DNA of 64,000 nucleotides from a virus: IMG/VR virus record IMGVR_UViG_3300013112_000677, positions 1 to 64,000 of that record; one strand, 5' to 3'. Shown piece by piece: positions 35,832 to 45,069 of this stretch (position 1 is its first letter; each line of letters starts with the position of its first letter). The notes under the pieces were generated by a model. It saw only the letters and a program-made list of their open reading frames with translations, ran no database searches and was not told where the DNA came from. The position numbers and the translations under genes were made by a program.

Positions 35832-36773
35832 ATGCGCCCCTCTGTCCCCGCCTTCCGAGACGAGCTCGAGCAGATCGGCCTGGAGAAGGTGGCGGCCAAC
35901 GTGCAGGCCCTTTGGTCTGCAGCGCAGCGGCTGGCTCGGCACGTCCGCCCGGACATGCAGAAGCACGTCCTCCATGGGGACTGGCGTGTGGTAGGCAAGG
36001 AGGTCTTGCGGGCCGAGCGTCAGGGTCTCCCACTGGACTCGGTGATGCCTCGGATCTCTGAAGGCTTCCGCGAGTCCGCGGCGCGCCTGGGGCGTGAGGG
36101 CATCGAGGCGGGCCAGGTCTCTGTGCCGGGCGGGGCGCCCCACCTCATCCGTGGGTACAGGGGGTCGGACTTCAGTGCCATCGCCTTCCCCAAGCCCTCG
36201 AGCGTTCGTGCATCTGGTGGAGGTGAGGCGCGAAGTGCGATGGCTAGCCGGCGCGCGAAGGCCATCTACACCCGGAACAAGGCAGGCCTCGACCGAATCG
36301 CGGACACCCAGGGGCAGACCGCGGCGATGGCGCGCCTCACCCGCCTGACGGATGCTGAGATGCGGCGTGCAGCTACACCCAGCGGCCCCATCATGAAGCG
36401 GACGACGGTACACAGCCACCCCTACGTTCAGGCTGGGTACTGGGGCCCCTCGGGGCACTTGCAGACTGAGGCGGCCAGGTCCGCCAAGAGGTCGGGGGAC
36501 ATGCTGAAGATGTGGAGACAGGAACCCCGCCTGCAGGCGGAGTTCCGGAAGATGGGCCCGCAGCTGGAGCGGGAGCATGCGATGGCCACCAGCAAGCTGC
36601 AGGACATCATGCCCTCAGCAGCGGACGTGGTGTCAGGCACGCGCCCACAGCAGATTGGCAGGTGGCAGGGTATCTTCTCTCCGCAGACCGGGAACACAGG
36701 CTTCTTCCGCTCCGGTGGGTACAAGCCGGACACCAAGACCCCGAGCCGCTGGTTCGCCATCAGCGGGAAGTGA
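35832..36773 (+). CDS. Putative internal virion protein
   Basis: 313 aa, leader PAFRDELEQIGLEKVAA; basic, Cys-free. Confidence 0.7.
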   Translation: MRPSVPAFRDELEQIGLEKVAANVQALWSAAQRLARHVRPDMQKHVLHGDWRVVGKEVLRAERQGLPLDSVMPRISEGFRESAARLGREGIEAGQVSVPGGAPHLIRGYRGSDFSAIAFPKPSSVRASGGGEARSAMASRRAKAIYTRNKAGLDRIADTQGQTAAMARLTRLTDAEMRRAATPSGPIMKRTTVHSHPYVQAGYWGPSGHLQTEAARSAKRSGDMLKMWRQEPRLQAEFRKMGPQLEREHAMATSKLQDIMPSAADVVSGTRPQQIGRWQGIFSPQTGNTGFFRSGGYKPDTKTPSRWFAISGK

Positions 36774-36782
36774 GGTAGCGTA

Positions 36783-39700
36783 GTGCCCTTCAAGTCCGAG
36801 GCGCAGCGACGGAAATTCTACGCGATGGCTGCGCGCGGGGAGATCTCCGAGGAGACCCTGAAGGAGTGGCAGGACTCCACGGGGGACAAGGAGCTGCCGG
36901 AGAAGGTGGGCAAGGAGAAGACTGCGCTCAACGAGCGGCTGCTCGCCCGCGCCTTCGGTAAGGAGCTGGAGCGTCACGGACTGAAGGCGGGGGAGGTTCT
37001 GGACGAGCTGATCCACAACTACGGGAAGGTGGAGATCCCGAAGCGGCTGCGCAAGGGCATAGTGGGGTTTGCCATCAAGACCTCCCCGGATGTGCGAGCG
37101 GGGCTGGACCCGCTCGCCGGATACTTCAAGGCAACACGCATGGTGACGCGCCTCCCACTGGACCACCCGGCGCGGAATGTAGACGCCGCGAGGAAGCGGT
37201 TCGTCGACATGGCGGAGAAGAGGTACTGGGAGAGAGCCGCAGCCGAGGCCAAGAGGGGCAGGGAGACAATGCTGTCCGGGAGGCACCAAGGCGCGGGCGC
37301 GGCCGTCCCCAAGGTACCAAGCACCGTCTCCGAAGAGGGGGCCGTCCTGGGGGGGACTACGTACAACCCCGATGCCATAGGGTACAAGGGGTCCAGGGCG
37401 CTCTCCACCTTGGGAGGCAGCGGGCCGGGAGAGAGATGGATTACCGCGCACCCCGATGTCGCTGCAGGGTACGCCCGCCGGCCCAGCCGCTTCGCCGCAG
37501 AGGCACGCATTTCCGCGCACGACTTGAGCCGGGCGAAGGATTGGACGGGCGGGTGGACGCCGCATATTGCACGACCCCTAGCTGAGGGAGAGGTCGGTGC
37601 CCAGTCTCCAGAGGCCCTCAAGGCCCTGCTGGGGGAGGCTGAGGCCGGGATACTCCGGAGGAAGGGCAACTTCTGGGGCCGGTCGCCTACCTATGAGGGG
37701 GTTGCCACTGCTGATGATCTCGCCCGCTCGTTGCTCGCCGAGTACAAGCAACTGCCCGGCGGGGGGTACATGCGCGTGCGTGGGGCCCCAGTACTCGGAG
37801 AGTGGTCGGCCGCGGCCCCGCAGGTCAAGGTGAGCCACGTGAAGGAGGCCAAGCAGGTCCGACTCGGCCCACCGCCCAAGCGGAACCGCAAGCAGTGGCC
37901 CTACCAGGGGACCATCAACTTCCGCGGCCTCGACATCCTGGTGGAGAACAAGCGAGGCACCGACCGGGTCTGGACCGACGAGAACAGCAACGAGACGGGC
38001 CGTACCCGGATGCACCACCACTACGGGGAGGTGCGCCGGACCATGGGCCCCGACGGCGACCCCGTCGACGTGTTCGTCGGCCCCGACGCTGGGTCCGACG
38101 TGGTGTACATCGTCCACCAGATGAAGCGCCCCAAGTACAAGGAGTACGACGAGGACAAGTGCATGCTGGGGTTCCGCACCGCCAAGGAGGCGAAGGCGGC
38201 CTACCTCAAGCACTACGACAACCCCAAGTTCTTCGGCTCGATGACCACGATGTCGTTCGACGACTTCGCCAAGCTGCTCCGCCGGCGAGACGTGCGGGGC
38301 AAGCGGATCACCGAGGCACTCATCAAGGTGGGGGCGCAGCTGTTCTTCCCCTCGGTGAAGACCGCGTCGACGGTGCGGGAGCTGTTCCGCGAGGAGATGA
38401 GCAAGACCGGTGCAGCTCAGGGCGAAGAGAAGCTGGCCTCCTCTGAGTACGTGGTCCCCGAGAGGCAGTTCCGTCCTGGCGGCCTGGTTGGAGACTTCGC
38501 GGCCGGGATGGACCCCACAGGTACGTGGACCACTGGTCTGTCCAAGCGCACGGAGAGCCGGTACCCGACGGGCGGCGCGAAGGCACGGCATGCAGCGGGG
38601 TACGGAGCAGCTGTCACGGGTGGCTTGGTGGGGGGCGGTGTCCTCCTTCCCGGCACAGTCTCGGGCATCCTCGGGGCTGCACGTGGTGTAGCGCAGACCG
38701 GGGGAGGGGCTGGTCAGCGGGCACTGGGGGCAGCGCGCGGGTTCACCAAGGGGTTTGCCGCGCCCTTCAAGGGCCTAGCCCGTGGTGCCCGCCTGCACAG
38801 ATGGATGCGGGGGGTGCACAAGGGTGGCCAGCCCATGCACGTCCCCGAGAGGATGGTCAGGGACGTCGCGGACACAGCCAAGGGCGTGACCTTTGGCTCT
38901 CTGTTCCGTGGGAAGGGTGGGGCCCCCAACAACCTACTCCACGACGTGGGCTCCAAGATGCGGGCGGGTGGGGAGTATTCCCTCGACGACATCGCCAGCT
39001 TCCTGCACAGCAAGGGCTACGGGCCCGAGCAGATCACCTCGTACATGAAGCAGCGGGGGATGTCTCCTGAGCACATCGGGCATGCGATGGAGCGGGTCAA
39101 GGGGCTGTCCCCAGAGCAGACAGGTGCCTGGCTCAGGCAGAAGGGGGTGTCCGAGGAGGTTGTCTCGAACTACCTCACGAGCCGAGGGCTCGCTCCGTCC
39201 TTCGTCACGGACGCCCTGACTGCCCGTGGGGTGACTCCGGCCAACGCACAGAAGGTCTGGGGGGAGCTCCAGAAGGTCACCAACCCGCAGCAGGCGGCCA
39301 AGATGCTGGAGGCCCACGGGCTCACCCCAGAACAGGCTGCGCAGATCCTACGGCAGCGTGGGGCGACTCTGGAAGGCGTGGGGCAGCACATGTCTGCCAA
39401 GGGGCTGGACGTCGCTGCGCAGACTCGACGCCTGGAGCAGTTCGGAGTGACCCCCGAGCGCGCAGGCAAGGTCTTCCAGGCGATGGAGGGGGCCACCCCC
39501 GAGCGCGCAGCTCAGATCCTGCGGGACTCCGGGGTCTCTCCAGAGAACATCGTCAAGGTGCTGGCCGAGCGTGGCGTGGGGCAGAGGGCAGCCACCTTCG
39601 CCGTCGAGCGTCTCGGGGTGTCCCGGGATGCCGCGAGTCGGCTGTTTGCCAACATCCACAAGATCACCCCGGAAGCTGCAGCGAAGAGGCTCCAACAAGA

Positions 39701-42587
39701 GATTGGGAACCAGAAGCTGACGAGGGGTCAGATCGAGGACTTCATTCGGAGGCAGGTGGTCACTCCCGAGAAGGCACGCTACATCCTGCCCATCACCGCA
39801 GCGGAGATGACGGGAGGCCTTGCCAGCCTCGGTGTAGGCGCCGGCGTGGGCACGCTCGGCGCAGCGGCCCAGTACCGGAAGGGCGTCTCCCTTGAGCGGG
39901 AGTTCCGAGGCAGGCTGCGCAAGGACCGGGAGAAGCGTGGGTCTGGCGAATTCGTTTTGGACTTCTCCCCAGAAAACGCCCCTACTACGGGTCCAATTTT
40001 GGAAACCCAACTGGACAAGTTGGGGGCGGAGCAGGTCGGACTGGAGAAGACGGCGCTCAACGAGCGGCTGCTTGTACGCGTCTTGGGGAGGGAACTGGAG
40101 CGGCATGGGATCACTGCGCGGCGAGCCCTCGCAGAGTACAACTACGGGTTTGGGAAGCAGGATCTCCCTGTCGCGCTTGCACGTCAGATCGACGAGCTCG
40201 CGGGCGCCGTAAAACCGCACACACCTTCTCGCTGGAGACAGGGCGTGGCGCCCTCCCGCGATGCGGCGGCCAGGAGGGGCGTGCTCCTTGGGCGGAAGGG
40301 GAGATCCCCGCGGTCCCTCACCCCCATGCAAGAGGCCGAGCGGCAGGGGACAGAGCGCCTCATCCTGTCTGGGCGGCATGGGGAACCGGAGATCATCCCA
40401 GGCGGCGGGCCCGGGTCTCGCATGCTTTGGGCATCCCCGGAGTCTGTAGTGATCAAGGGACTGGATGCGAAAAGAGGCCAATGGGCGTATCGTGGTCACC
40501 AGCCGTCACCAAGCCCTGCGCCTCCTGGGTCTCGTTGGGTCACCGGACATTCTGAGGTCGCCAGGAACTACGCTGGGTCCCTGCCTGCAGGGGAGAAGGG
40601 GCTGGGGGATGTCTATTTCGCAGTCTATGACCCGAGAAGGATCAGAGACAAGGGCCCATGGACGAGGCATGAGGGTTTGGACGTCCGAAACCTCCCCCTA
40701 GTCTCCCGCCTGCTACATCGCATCAATACAGCGCTCGGGAGGTCCCGGAAGAACTTCGGAAGCGAGGTTGGGTGGTCCCCTTACTACGAGAGGGTGGTGC
40801 ATGGCGGACAACTCGCCGATGCGCAAGTGGCCTCGTACAAACAGCTGCCGAGTGGGAACTTCATGCGGGTGAGGGGCACCCACCCGTTCCCGGGTGCCGA
40901 GGAGCTAATCAGTAAGGCGGAAACGCCGAAATGGTCCCTGTGGGACAGGTTCTGGGGGGGCCCCGTACGGAGAGAGGCCAAAGAGCTTCAGAGGAGGCTG
41001 ATACAACTCCGACTTGGTGGGGGCCTGTCTGCGTCCCAGAAGGCGCGCGCGGACAAGCTGACGCCAGTTCTGGGGCATTTCAGTCATGTGCATGACGTAC
41101 CGGGTGTGACTCGCCTGAAGAAGCCGATGGACGAGGTAGTGAGCTCTGCACGGAAGAAGGTGCTGACGCTCGGTCTAGTTGGGCGGCGCGGGGCGCAGAC
41201 CCCCCTGGAGGGTCACAACGCATACCTCAAGAACTTGGATAACCTCTTCCACAAAAACAAACTGGCCAAGTTGGGTGAGTACGCGCCAGGGCTGCCCAAC
41301 AAGAAGAAGCGCACCGACCCCCCGAAGCTGACCAGCCCGCAGACGATGGAGTTCGTCACCCAGCTGCACCACGCGCACAAGGCGGGGCCGCACATCGACC
41401 TGCGCATCGGTGACACACAGACGGGCATCGCGCACTCCTGGGCGTTGCCGAAGGCCCTGGTGCCCCGGCCGGGGGAGAAGGTCCTGGCCGTGCAGCAGCC
41501 GGACCACACCCTGCGCTACATGGACTTCCGTGGGCTCATCGGCAAGGGGTACGGGGCGGGGACCGTGAAGGCCGTGGACCGGCTCCAGACCGAGGTGCAC
41601 CACTCCGAGCCGGGGAAGCTGAAGTTCCGCCTGGACCGCGGACGCGGGGACGAGGAGTTCATCTTGCGGCGCACAGGCAAGGGCGACCAGAGCACGAAGT
41701 GGCTCCTGCAGAACGTCACCAAGACCGCCGCGGCCATGGAGGAGCACGTGGCCTCCTCCAGCGAGCAGGTCCTGGCGACCGTGCGCGAGCGGGTGAAGCT
41801 GGCGGCCGCGGACCCCGTCATCCCGACCCCGCGGCACCTCGAGATGGCCGAGGAGATCGTCACCGGCGACAGTCTGTCGCAGGACGACTGGGGCACGTTC
41901 CGACAACGACTGCAACGGAGCCCTGGCTATCGGCAGGCGGTTCTGCTACACCCCCAGGCCGACGCCAAGCTGAAGAGGCACGTGCGGGCCATGGGGGCTC
42001 TGCACGAGGGAACCCACCTAAAAAAGGTGCAGTCGCTGAGCGGGCCCCAGAAGTACCAGCTGAAGCTGATGTCTTCTGGGCGCCTGGGCTGCACCTGCCC
42101 AGACTGGCGATACCGCAAGTCGCACGGTGGGGGCGACTGCAAGCACGTTCGGGCGTTCCGGTCGGCCTACGACGCAGGTGAGATGCCGCGGGGCTACAAG
42201 GGACTGGAGAACGCCCTGAAGAAGACATCCGCCGTGGTCTCCTCCAAGGTCATCCAGCAGTCGCTCGACGAGCTGCCGAGGCTCTTGCAGAGCGCCGTGA
42301 AGAACTACCCCCAGCAGACCATCCGGTCCGCGGAGGTAGTCGCTCAGGCGCCGGCGTGGATCCGCGCGCTGATGCCGCAGGGGCTGCGCCGCCAGGTGGG
42401 GTCGGCCGGGTGGACCGCGGACATCATGACGAAGGGGGCGCCCTCGCCCACGGAGCTCATGGCCAAGCGGATGTCGGCGCAGTTCGACCAGCGTGCGACG
42501 AAGAGCCTGCGGGACGCCTACCAGGCTGCCCTGATGCGGAACCCCAACCTCAGCATCCCAGACAGCGTCCGCCGGATGGGCTTCTAG
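36783..42587 (+). CDS. Polyvalent virion polyprotein: two ADP-ribosyltransferase-like modules, inorganic-pyrophosphatase-like domain, helical repeats, LigD-type 3'-phosphoesterase, SWIM finger
   Basis: YG....T.G.DGDPVDVFVG/YDEDKCMLGF; QLHHA..AGPHIDLR/SWALPK/DH..Y.DF.G...GYGAG; CTCPDW...CKH; duplicated EKTALNERLL...YKQLP..MRVRG module. Confidence 0.85.
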   Translation: MPFKSEAQRRKFYAMAARGEISEETLKEWQDSTGDKELPEKVGKEKTALNERLLARAFGKELERHGLKAGEVLDELIHNYGKVEIPKRLRKGIVGFAIKTSPDVRAGLDPLAGYFKATRMVTRLPLDHPARNVDAARKRFVDMAEKRYWERAAAEAKRGRETMLSGRHQGAGAAVPKVPSTVSEEGAVLGGTTYNPDAIGYKGSRALSTLGGSGPGERWITAHPDVAAGYARRPSRFAAEARISAHDLSRAKDWTGGWTPHIARPLAEGEVGAQSPEALKALLGEAEAGILRRKGNFWGRSPTYEGVATADDLARSLLAEYKQLPGGGYMRVRGAPVLGEWSAAAPQVKVSHVKEAKQVRLGPPPKRNRKQWPYQGTINFRGLDILVENKRGTDRVWTDENSNETGRTRMHHHYGEVRRTMGPDGDPVDVFVGPDAGSDVVYIVHQMKRPKYKEYDEDKCMLGFRTAKEAKAAYLKHYDNPKFFGSMTTMSFDDFAKLLRRRDVRGKRITEALIKVGAQLFFPSVKTASTVRELFREEMSKTGAAQGEEKLASSEYVVPERQFRPGGLVGDFAAGMDPTGTWTTGLSKRTESRYPTGGAKARHAAGYGAAVTGGLVGGGVLLPGTVSGILGAARGVAQTGGGAGQRALGAARGFTKGFAAPFKGLARGARLHRWMRGVHKGGQPMHVPERMVRDVADTAKGVTFGSLFRGKGGAPNNLLHDVGSKMRAGGEYSLDDIASFLHSKGYGPEQITSYMKQRGMSPEHIGHAMERVKGLSPEQTGAWLRQKGVSEEVVSNYLTSRGLAPSFVTDALTARGVTPANAQKVWGELQKVTNPQQAAKMLEAHGLTPEQAAQILRQRGATLEGVGQHMSAKGLDVAAQTRRLEQFGVTPERAGKVFQAMEGATPERAAQILRDSGVSPENIVKVLAERGVGQRAATFAVERLGVSRDAASRLFANIHKITPEAAAKRLQQEIGNQKLTRGQIEDFIRRQVVTPEKARYILPITAAEMTGGLASLGVGAGVGTLGAAAQYRKGVSLEREFRGRLRKDREKRGSGEFVLDFSPENAPTTGPILETQLDKLGAEQVGLEKTALNERLLVRVLGRELERHGITARRALAEYNYGFGKQDLPVALARQIDELAGAVKPHTPSRWRQGVAPSRDAAARRGVLLGRKGRSPRSLTPMQEAERQGTERLILSGRHGEPEIIPGGGPGSRMLWASPESVVIKGLDAKRGQWAYRGHQPSPSPAPPGSRWVTGHSEVARNYAGSLPAGEKGLGDVYFAVYDPRRIRDKGPWTRHEGLDVRNLPLVSRLLHRINTALGRSRKNFGSEVGWSPYYERVVHGGQLADAQVASYKQLPSGNFMRVRGTHPFPGAEELISKAETPKWSLWDRFWGGPVRREAKELQRRLIQLRLGGGLSASQKARADKLTPVLGHFSHVHDVPGVTRLKKPMDEVVSSARKKVLTLGLVGRRGAQTPLEGHNAYLKNLDNLFHKNKLAKLGEYAPGLPNKKKRTDPPKLTSPQTMEFVTQLHHAHKAGPHIDLRIGDTQTGIAHSWALPKALVPRPGEKVLAVQQPDHTLRYMDFRGLIGKGYGAGTVKAVDRLQTEVHHSEPGKLKFRLDRGRGDEEFILRRTGKGDQSTKWLLQNVTKTAAAMEEHVASSSEQVLATVRERVKLAAADPVIPTPRHLEMAEEIVTGDSLSQDDWGTFRQRLQRSPGYRQAVLLHPQADAKLKRHVRAMGALHEGTHLKKVQSLSGPQKYQLKLMSSGRLGCTCPDWRYRKSHGGGDCKHVRAFRSAYDAGEMPRGYKGLENALKKTSAVVSSKVIQQSLDELPRLLQSAVKNYPQQTIRSAEVVAQAPAWIRALMPQGLRRQVGSAGWTADIMTKGAPSPTELMAKRMSAQFDQRATKSLRDAYQAALMRNPNLSIPDSVRRMGF
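41867..41879. repeat. Dispersed palindrome copy 4
   Basis: GCGACAGTCTGTCGC inside the polyprotein gene. Confidence 0.9.
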
Positions 42588-43226
42588 TCAGAAGCTGGCC
42601 TTCCGTGCCGACCTGTACGGGGCGCCCTTGTCCAGGAACTTCTCGGTGTAGCGCATCCGGTGGATGGGGCTGGCCCCCTGGTTCTTGAGGCCCTCGATGT
42701 GGTGGGCCGTCGGGTACCCCACGTTCGTGTCGAACCTGTACCCAGGGTACAACTCGGCGTACTCGCGCATCAGGCGGTCCCGCCAGACCTTGGCGATGAT
42801 GGAGGCCGCGGACACCTGCCACCACTGCTGGTCGGCCTTGTTCAGGGCCAGCTGAGGCAGGCCCAGCGCGCGCAGCTTGTACTTCTCGCCGTCGACGATG
42901 ACGATGTCGGGGGAGACCTCGAGGTCCTTCACGGCGCGCCGTAGAGCCTGCTTGTGCGCGACGTGGATCTCCAGCTTGTCGATCTCCTCGGGGGTGGCCC
43001 ACCCGATGCCCACGTCGACGGCTGCGTCGATGAGGGGCTCGAAGAGGCGCTCGCGCGCCGTGGGGGTCAGCTGCTTGCTGTCCCGGTAGCGGTGGTTCTT
43101 GACCCGCACGACGCGGGCGAAGAGCTCGGGGAACGGGCAGACGAGCTCGTTGTACAGGGCGGCGACGGCGACGACAGGCCCCGCCAGGGGGCCCACGCCG
43201 ACCTCGTCCAGCCCCGCCACGATCAT
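42588..43226 (-). CDS. rnhB: Ribonuclease HII
   Basis: AGLDEVGVGPLAGPV, DSKQL, VDG, SAASIIAKV.RD, NVGYPT..H; GGAGG RBS and ATGA coupling. Confidence 0.95.
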   Translation of the reverse strand: MIVAGLDEVGVGPLAGPVVAVAALYNELVCPFPELFARVVRVKNHRYRDSKQLTPTARERLFEPLIDAAVDVGIGWATPEEIDKLEIHVAHKQALRRAVKDLEVSPDIVIVDGEKYKLRALGLPQLALNKADQQWWQVSAASIIAKVWRDRLMREYAELYPGYRFDTNVGYPTAHHIEGLKNQGASPIHRMRYTEKFLDKGAPYRSARKASF

Positions 43227-43666
43227 CTGCCCCTCCTCCGTTTGGACGTTGAACTTCTTCCGAAGCCACCGCCTCGTCGCGAGGGCACTGGCCGTTTGTC
43301 CCATGGGGTGTAGTTGGTTCCTCCGCCGCCCCGGTACTTGATGTGCAGGGTGGCAGTGATGGCCAGGGGAGTGATCTCCACCGACCGGGGTTCGACATCG
43401 TTCAGCCTGGCCCACTGGGTGACCAGGTCCTTCACGTAGCGGTCGCTTCCGTCCTCGAGGGGGTGCTGCAGCTGGAAGGTGACCGTGGCGAGGTCCTTGC
43501 GGGTCGGGTCCTCGCTGATGCTGGAGCTGAGCAGGTTGCCGCAGGCCCTGTGCAGGGACCCGTAGAGCGCCTCGACCCACTCCAGCCTCTGGGCTAATAG
43601 ACGGTCGACGGGCGGCCCCGGGGAATCCCCGGAGCCACCCGCACCCTTGTTCGGTCCGTCAGCCAT
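43223..43666 (-). CDS. Hypothetical protein
   Basis: 147 aa, coupled to its neighbours. Confidence 0.6.
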   Translation of the reverse strand: MADGPNKGAGGSGDSPGPPVDRLLAQRLEWVEALYGSLHRACGNLLSSSISEDPTRKDLATVTFQLQHPLEDGSDRYVKDLVTQWARLNDVEPRSVEITPLAITATLHIKYRGGGGTNYTPWDKRPVPSRRGGGFGRSSTSKRRRGR

Positions 43667-44036
43667 CGTCCCGGCAGAGCCGGAGGAACGGGCGACCCCC
43701 ACCCCTCGGCTTGACCTCCTCGACCAGCGCCTTGCGGCCGAGCAGGCTCACGCCCTCGAGCCCGGCCTTCTTCCGCGCCTCGCGGACCAGGGCCTGCAGC
43801 TCCGTGGCGTTGGGGCAGGGAGCCTGCTGCCCCAGACGCTTGTCGATGACGCGGATGCGGCCCTGGTTGACAGAGCCGTCGTCCATCCGGTGGATGTAGG
43901 TCAGGTCGACCTCGATGCGGGGCAGGTAGGTGATGACGATCCCTCCCTTGTCCTGGTTCTTCTGGGGACGGAAGAAGGGCTGGATGGACGTCAGTTCGAC
44001 CTCGAACGCGGTGGGACCACTCTCAGCTTGCGGCAT
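43659..44036 (-). CDS. Hypothetical protein
   Basis: 125 aa; GAGGAGG RBS. Confidence 0.7.
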   Translation of the reverse strand: MPQAESGPTAFEVELTSIQPFFRPQKNQDKGGIVITYLPRIEVDLTYIHRMDDGSVNQGRIRVIDKRLGQQAPCPNATELQALVREARKKAGLEGVSLLGRKALVEEVKPRGGGRPFLRLCRDDG

Positions 44037-44071
44037 GTTGTGCACCTCCTCTAGGCATAGCTGTTGGCTCC

Positions 44072-44077
44072 CTTATG
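44072..44077 (-). promoter_or_regulatory. CATAAG motif (copy c)
   Basis: 36 nt upstream of ATG 44036. Confidence 0.55.
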
Positions 44078-44083
44078 CCCATT

Positions 44084-44968
44084 TCAGTCCAGATCTTCCC
44101 TCTCGCCGAGGGCCCATTCCAGCGCGTCGATCCGTCCCTGGAGGTTGTTGATGTCGGCGGTGAAGGCGACCACGCGGCCCGCGTTGGCGCCGTCGTTGAC
44201 GATGTCCTGGATGGTGGTGGGCTTGTCGCGGTTCACCTCCATCATGGCCTCCTGCCGGGCGGTCATCTCACCGAGCTGCCCCTTCAGCTGCTTGACCGTC
44301 TTCTTGCCCGACTTGCGGCCGGTCTGCTGACGTACCTGCTGGCGCTTCTTGGTGACGTCGCCCTTCTTGCGGCCCTTCTTCTTCTCCTGCGTGTGGGCGT
44401 CGGCCGCCTGCTTCTGCTCCTCCGGGGGCTTCTGGGAGTAGTCGTAGGCGGCGTCGATGGAGACGTCCCCCTTGTGGACGCTGTCCATCAGCTCGGAGGT
44501 GGCATCCTTCTTCAGCTTCATCAGCCGCTGCACGTGCCGGGTGGAGACACCCAGAGTCGTGGCGATCTCCGCCGGCGACATGCCGAAGCGCGCGAGGGTC
44601 TCGCAGGCCACGCACATCTCGGCGGGGGTGTACGCCTTGCGGTCGACGTCCAGGACGATGCCGGCGATGTTGGCGTCGCGGCGGGAGCCCTGGAGGCTGT
44701 AGTAGGGGACGCCGTCGGGGAAGCGAGCGGCGAAGTCGTCGGGGTGGTCGGTGGAGAGCATCTCGAGGGCGAGGTAGCGGCGCATGCCGTCGGCCAGGTA
44801 GGCGTCGCCCTTGTCGTCGAACCAGATGCCGAGGGGATCGGAGAGTCCTTGCGTCTTGATCCGGAAGGAGAGACCCTCCACGTCACCGAAGTCCCTCCTG
44901 GGATTCTCGATGACCTCGGGGTCCACGATGATGGCGTCGAACGGGATGACAGGTTGCTTGTCGGTCAT
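44084..44968 (-). CDS. parB: ParB/Spo0J-family CTPase with HTH
   Basis: ENPRRDF, I...GL.DPL, DGMRRYLA (GxRRxxA), HTH GMSPAEIATTLGVSTRHVQRLMKL; GAGGAG RBS. Confidence 0.85.
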   Translation of the reverse strand: MTDKQPVIPFDAIIVDPEVIENPRRDFGDVEGLSFRIKTQGLSDPLGIWFDDKGDAYLADGMRRYLALEMLSTDHPDDFAARFPDGVPYYSLQGSRRDANIAGIVLDVDRKAYTPAEMCVACETLARFGMSPAEIATTLGVSTRHVQRLMKLKKDATSELMDSVHKGDVSIDAAYDYSQKPPEEQKQAADAHTQEKKKGRKKGDVTKKRQQVRQQTGRKSGKKTVKQLKGQLGEMTARQEAMMEVNRDKPTTIQDIVNDGANAGRVVAFTADINNLQGRIDALEWALGEREDLD

Positions 44969-45069
44969 GGTCTCCTCTGTATGGTAAGGTTGCCTGTACC
45001 CAGATTTGTTGACAAGGAGGCTGTGTGCATCAGCCACTGTTTCATTCCCCAGGGCTGGCCCGGGTAGGT

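Noticed and set aside
45009-45040. TTGACA between parB and terL as a fourth sigma70 promoter
   Set aside because: No convincing -10 hexamer at 16-19 nt spacing, so it was left uncalled.
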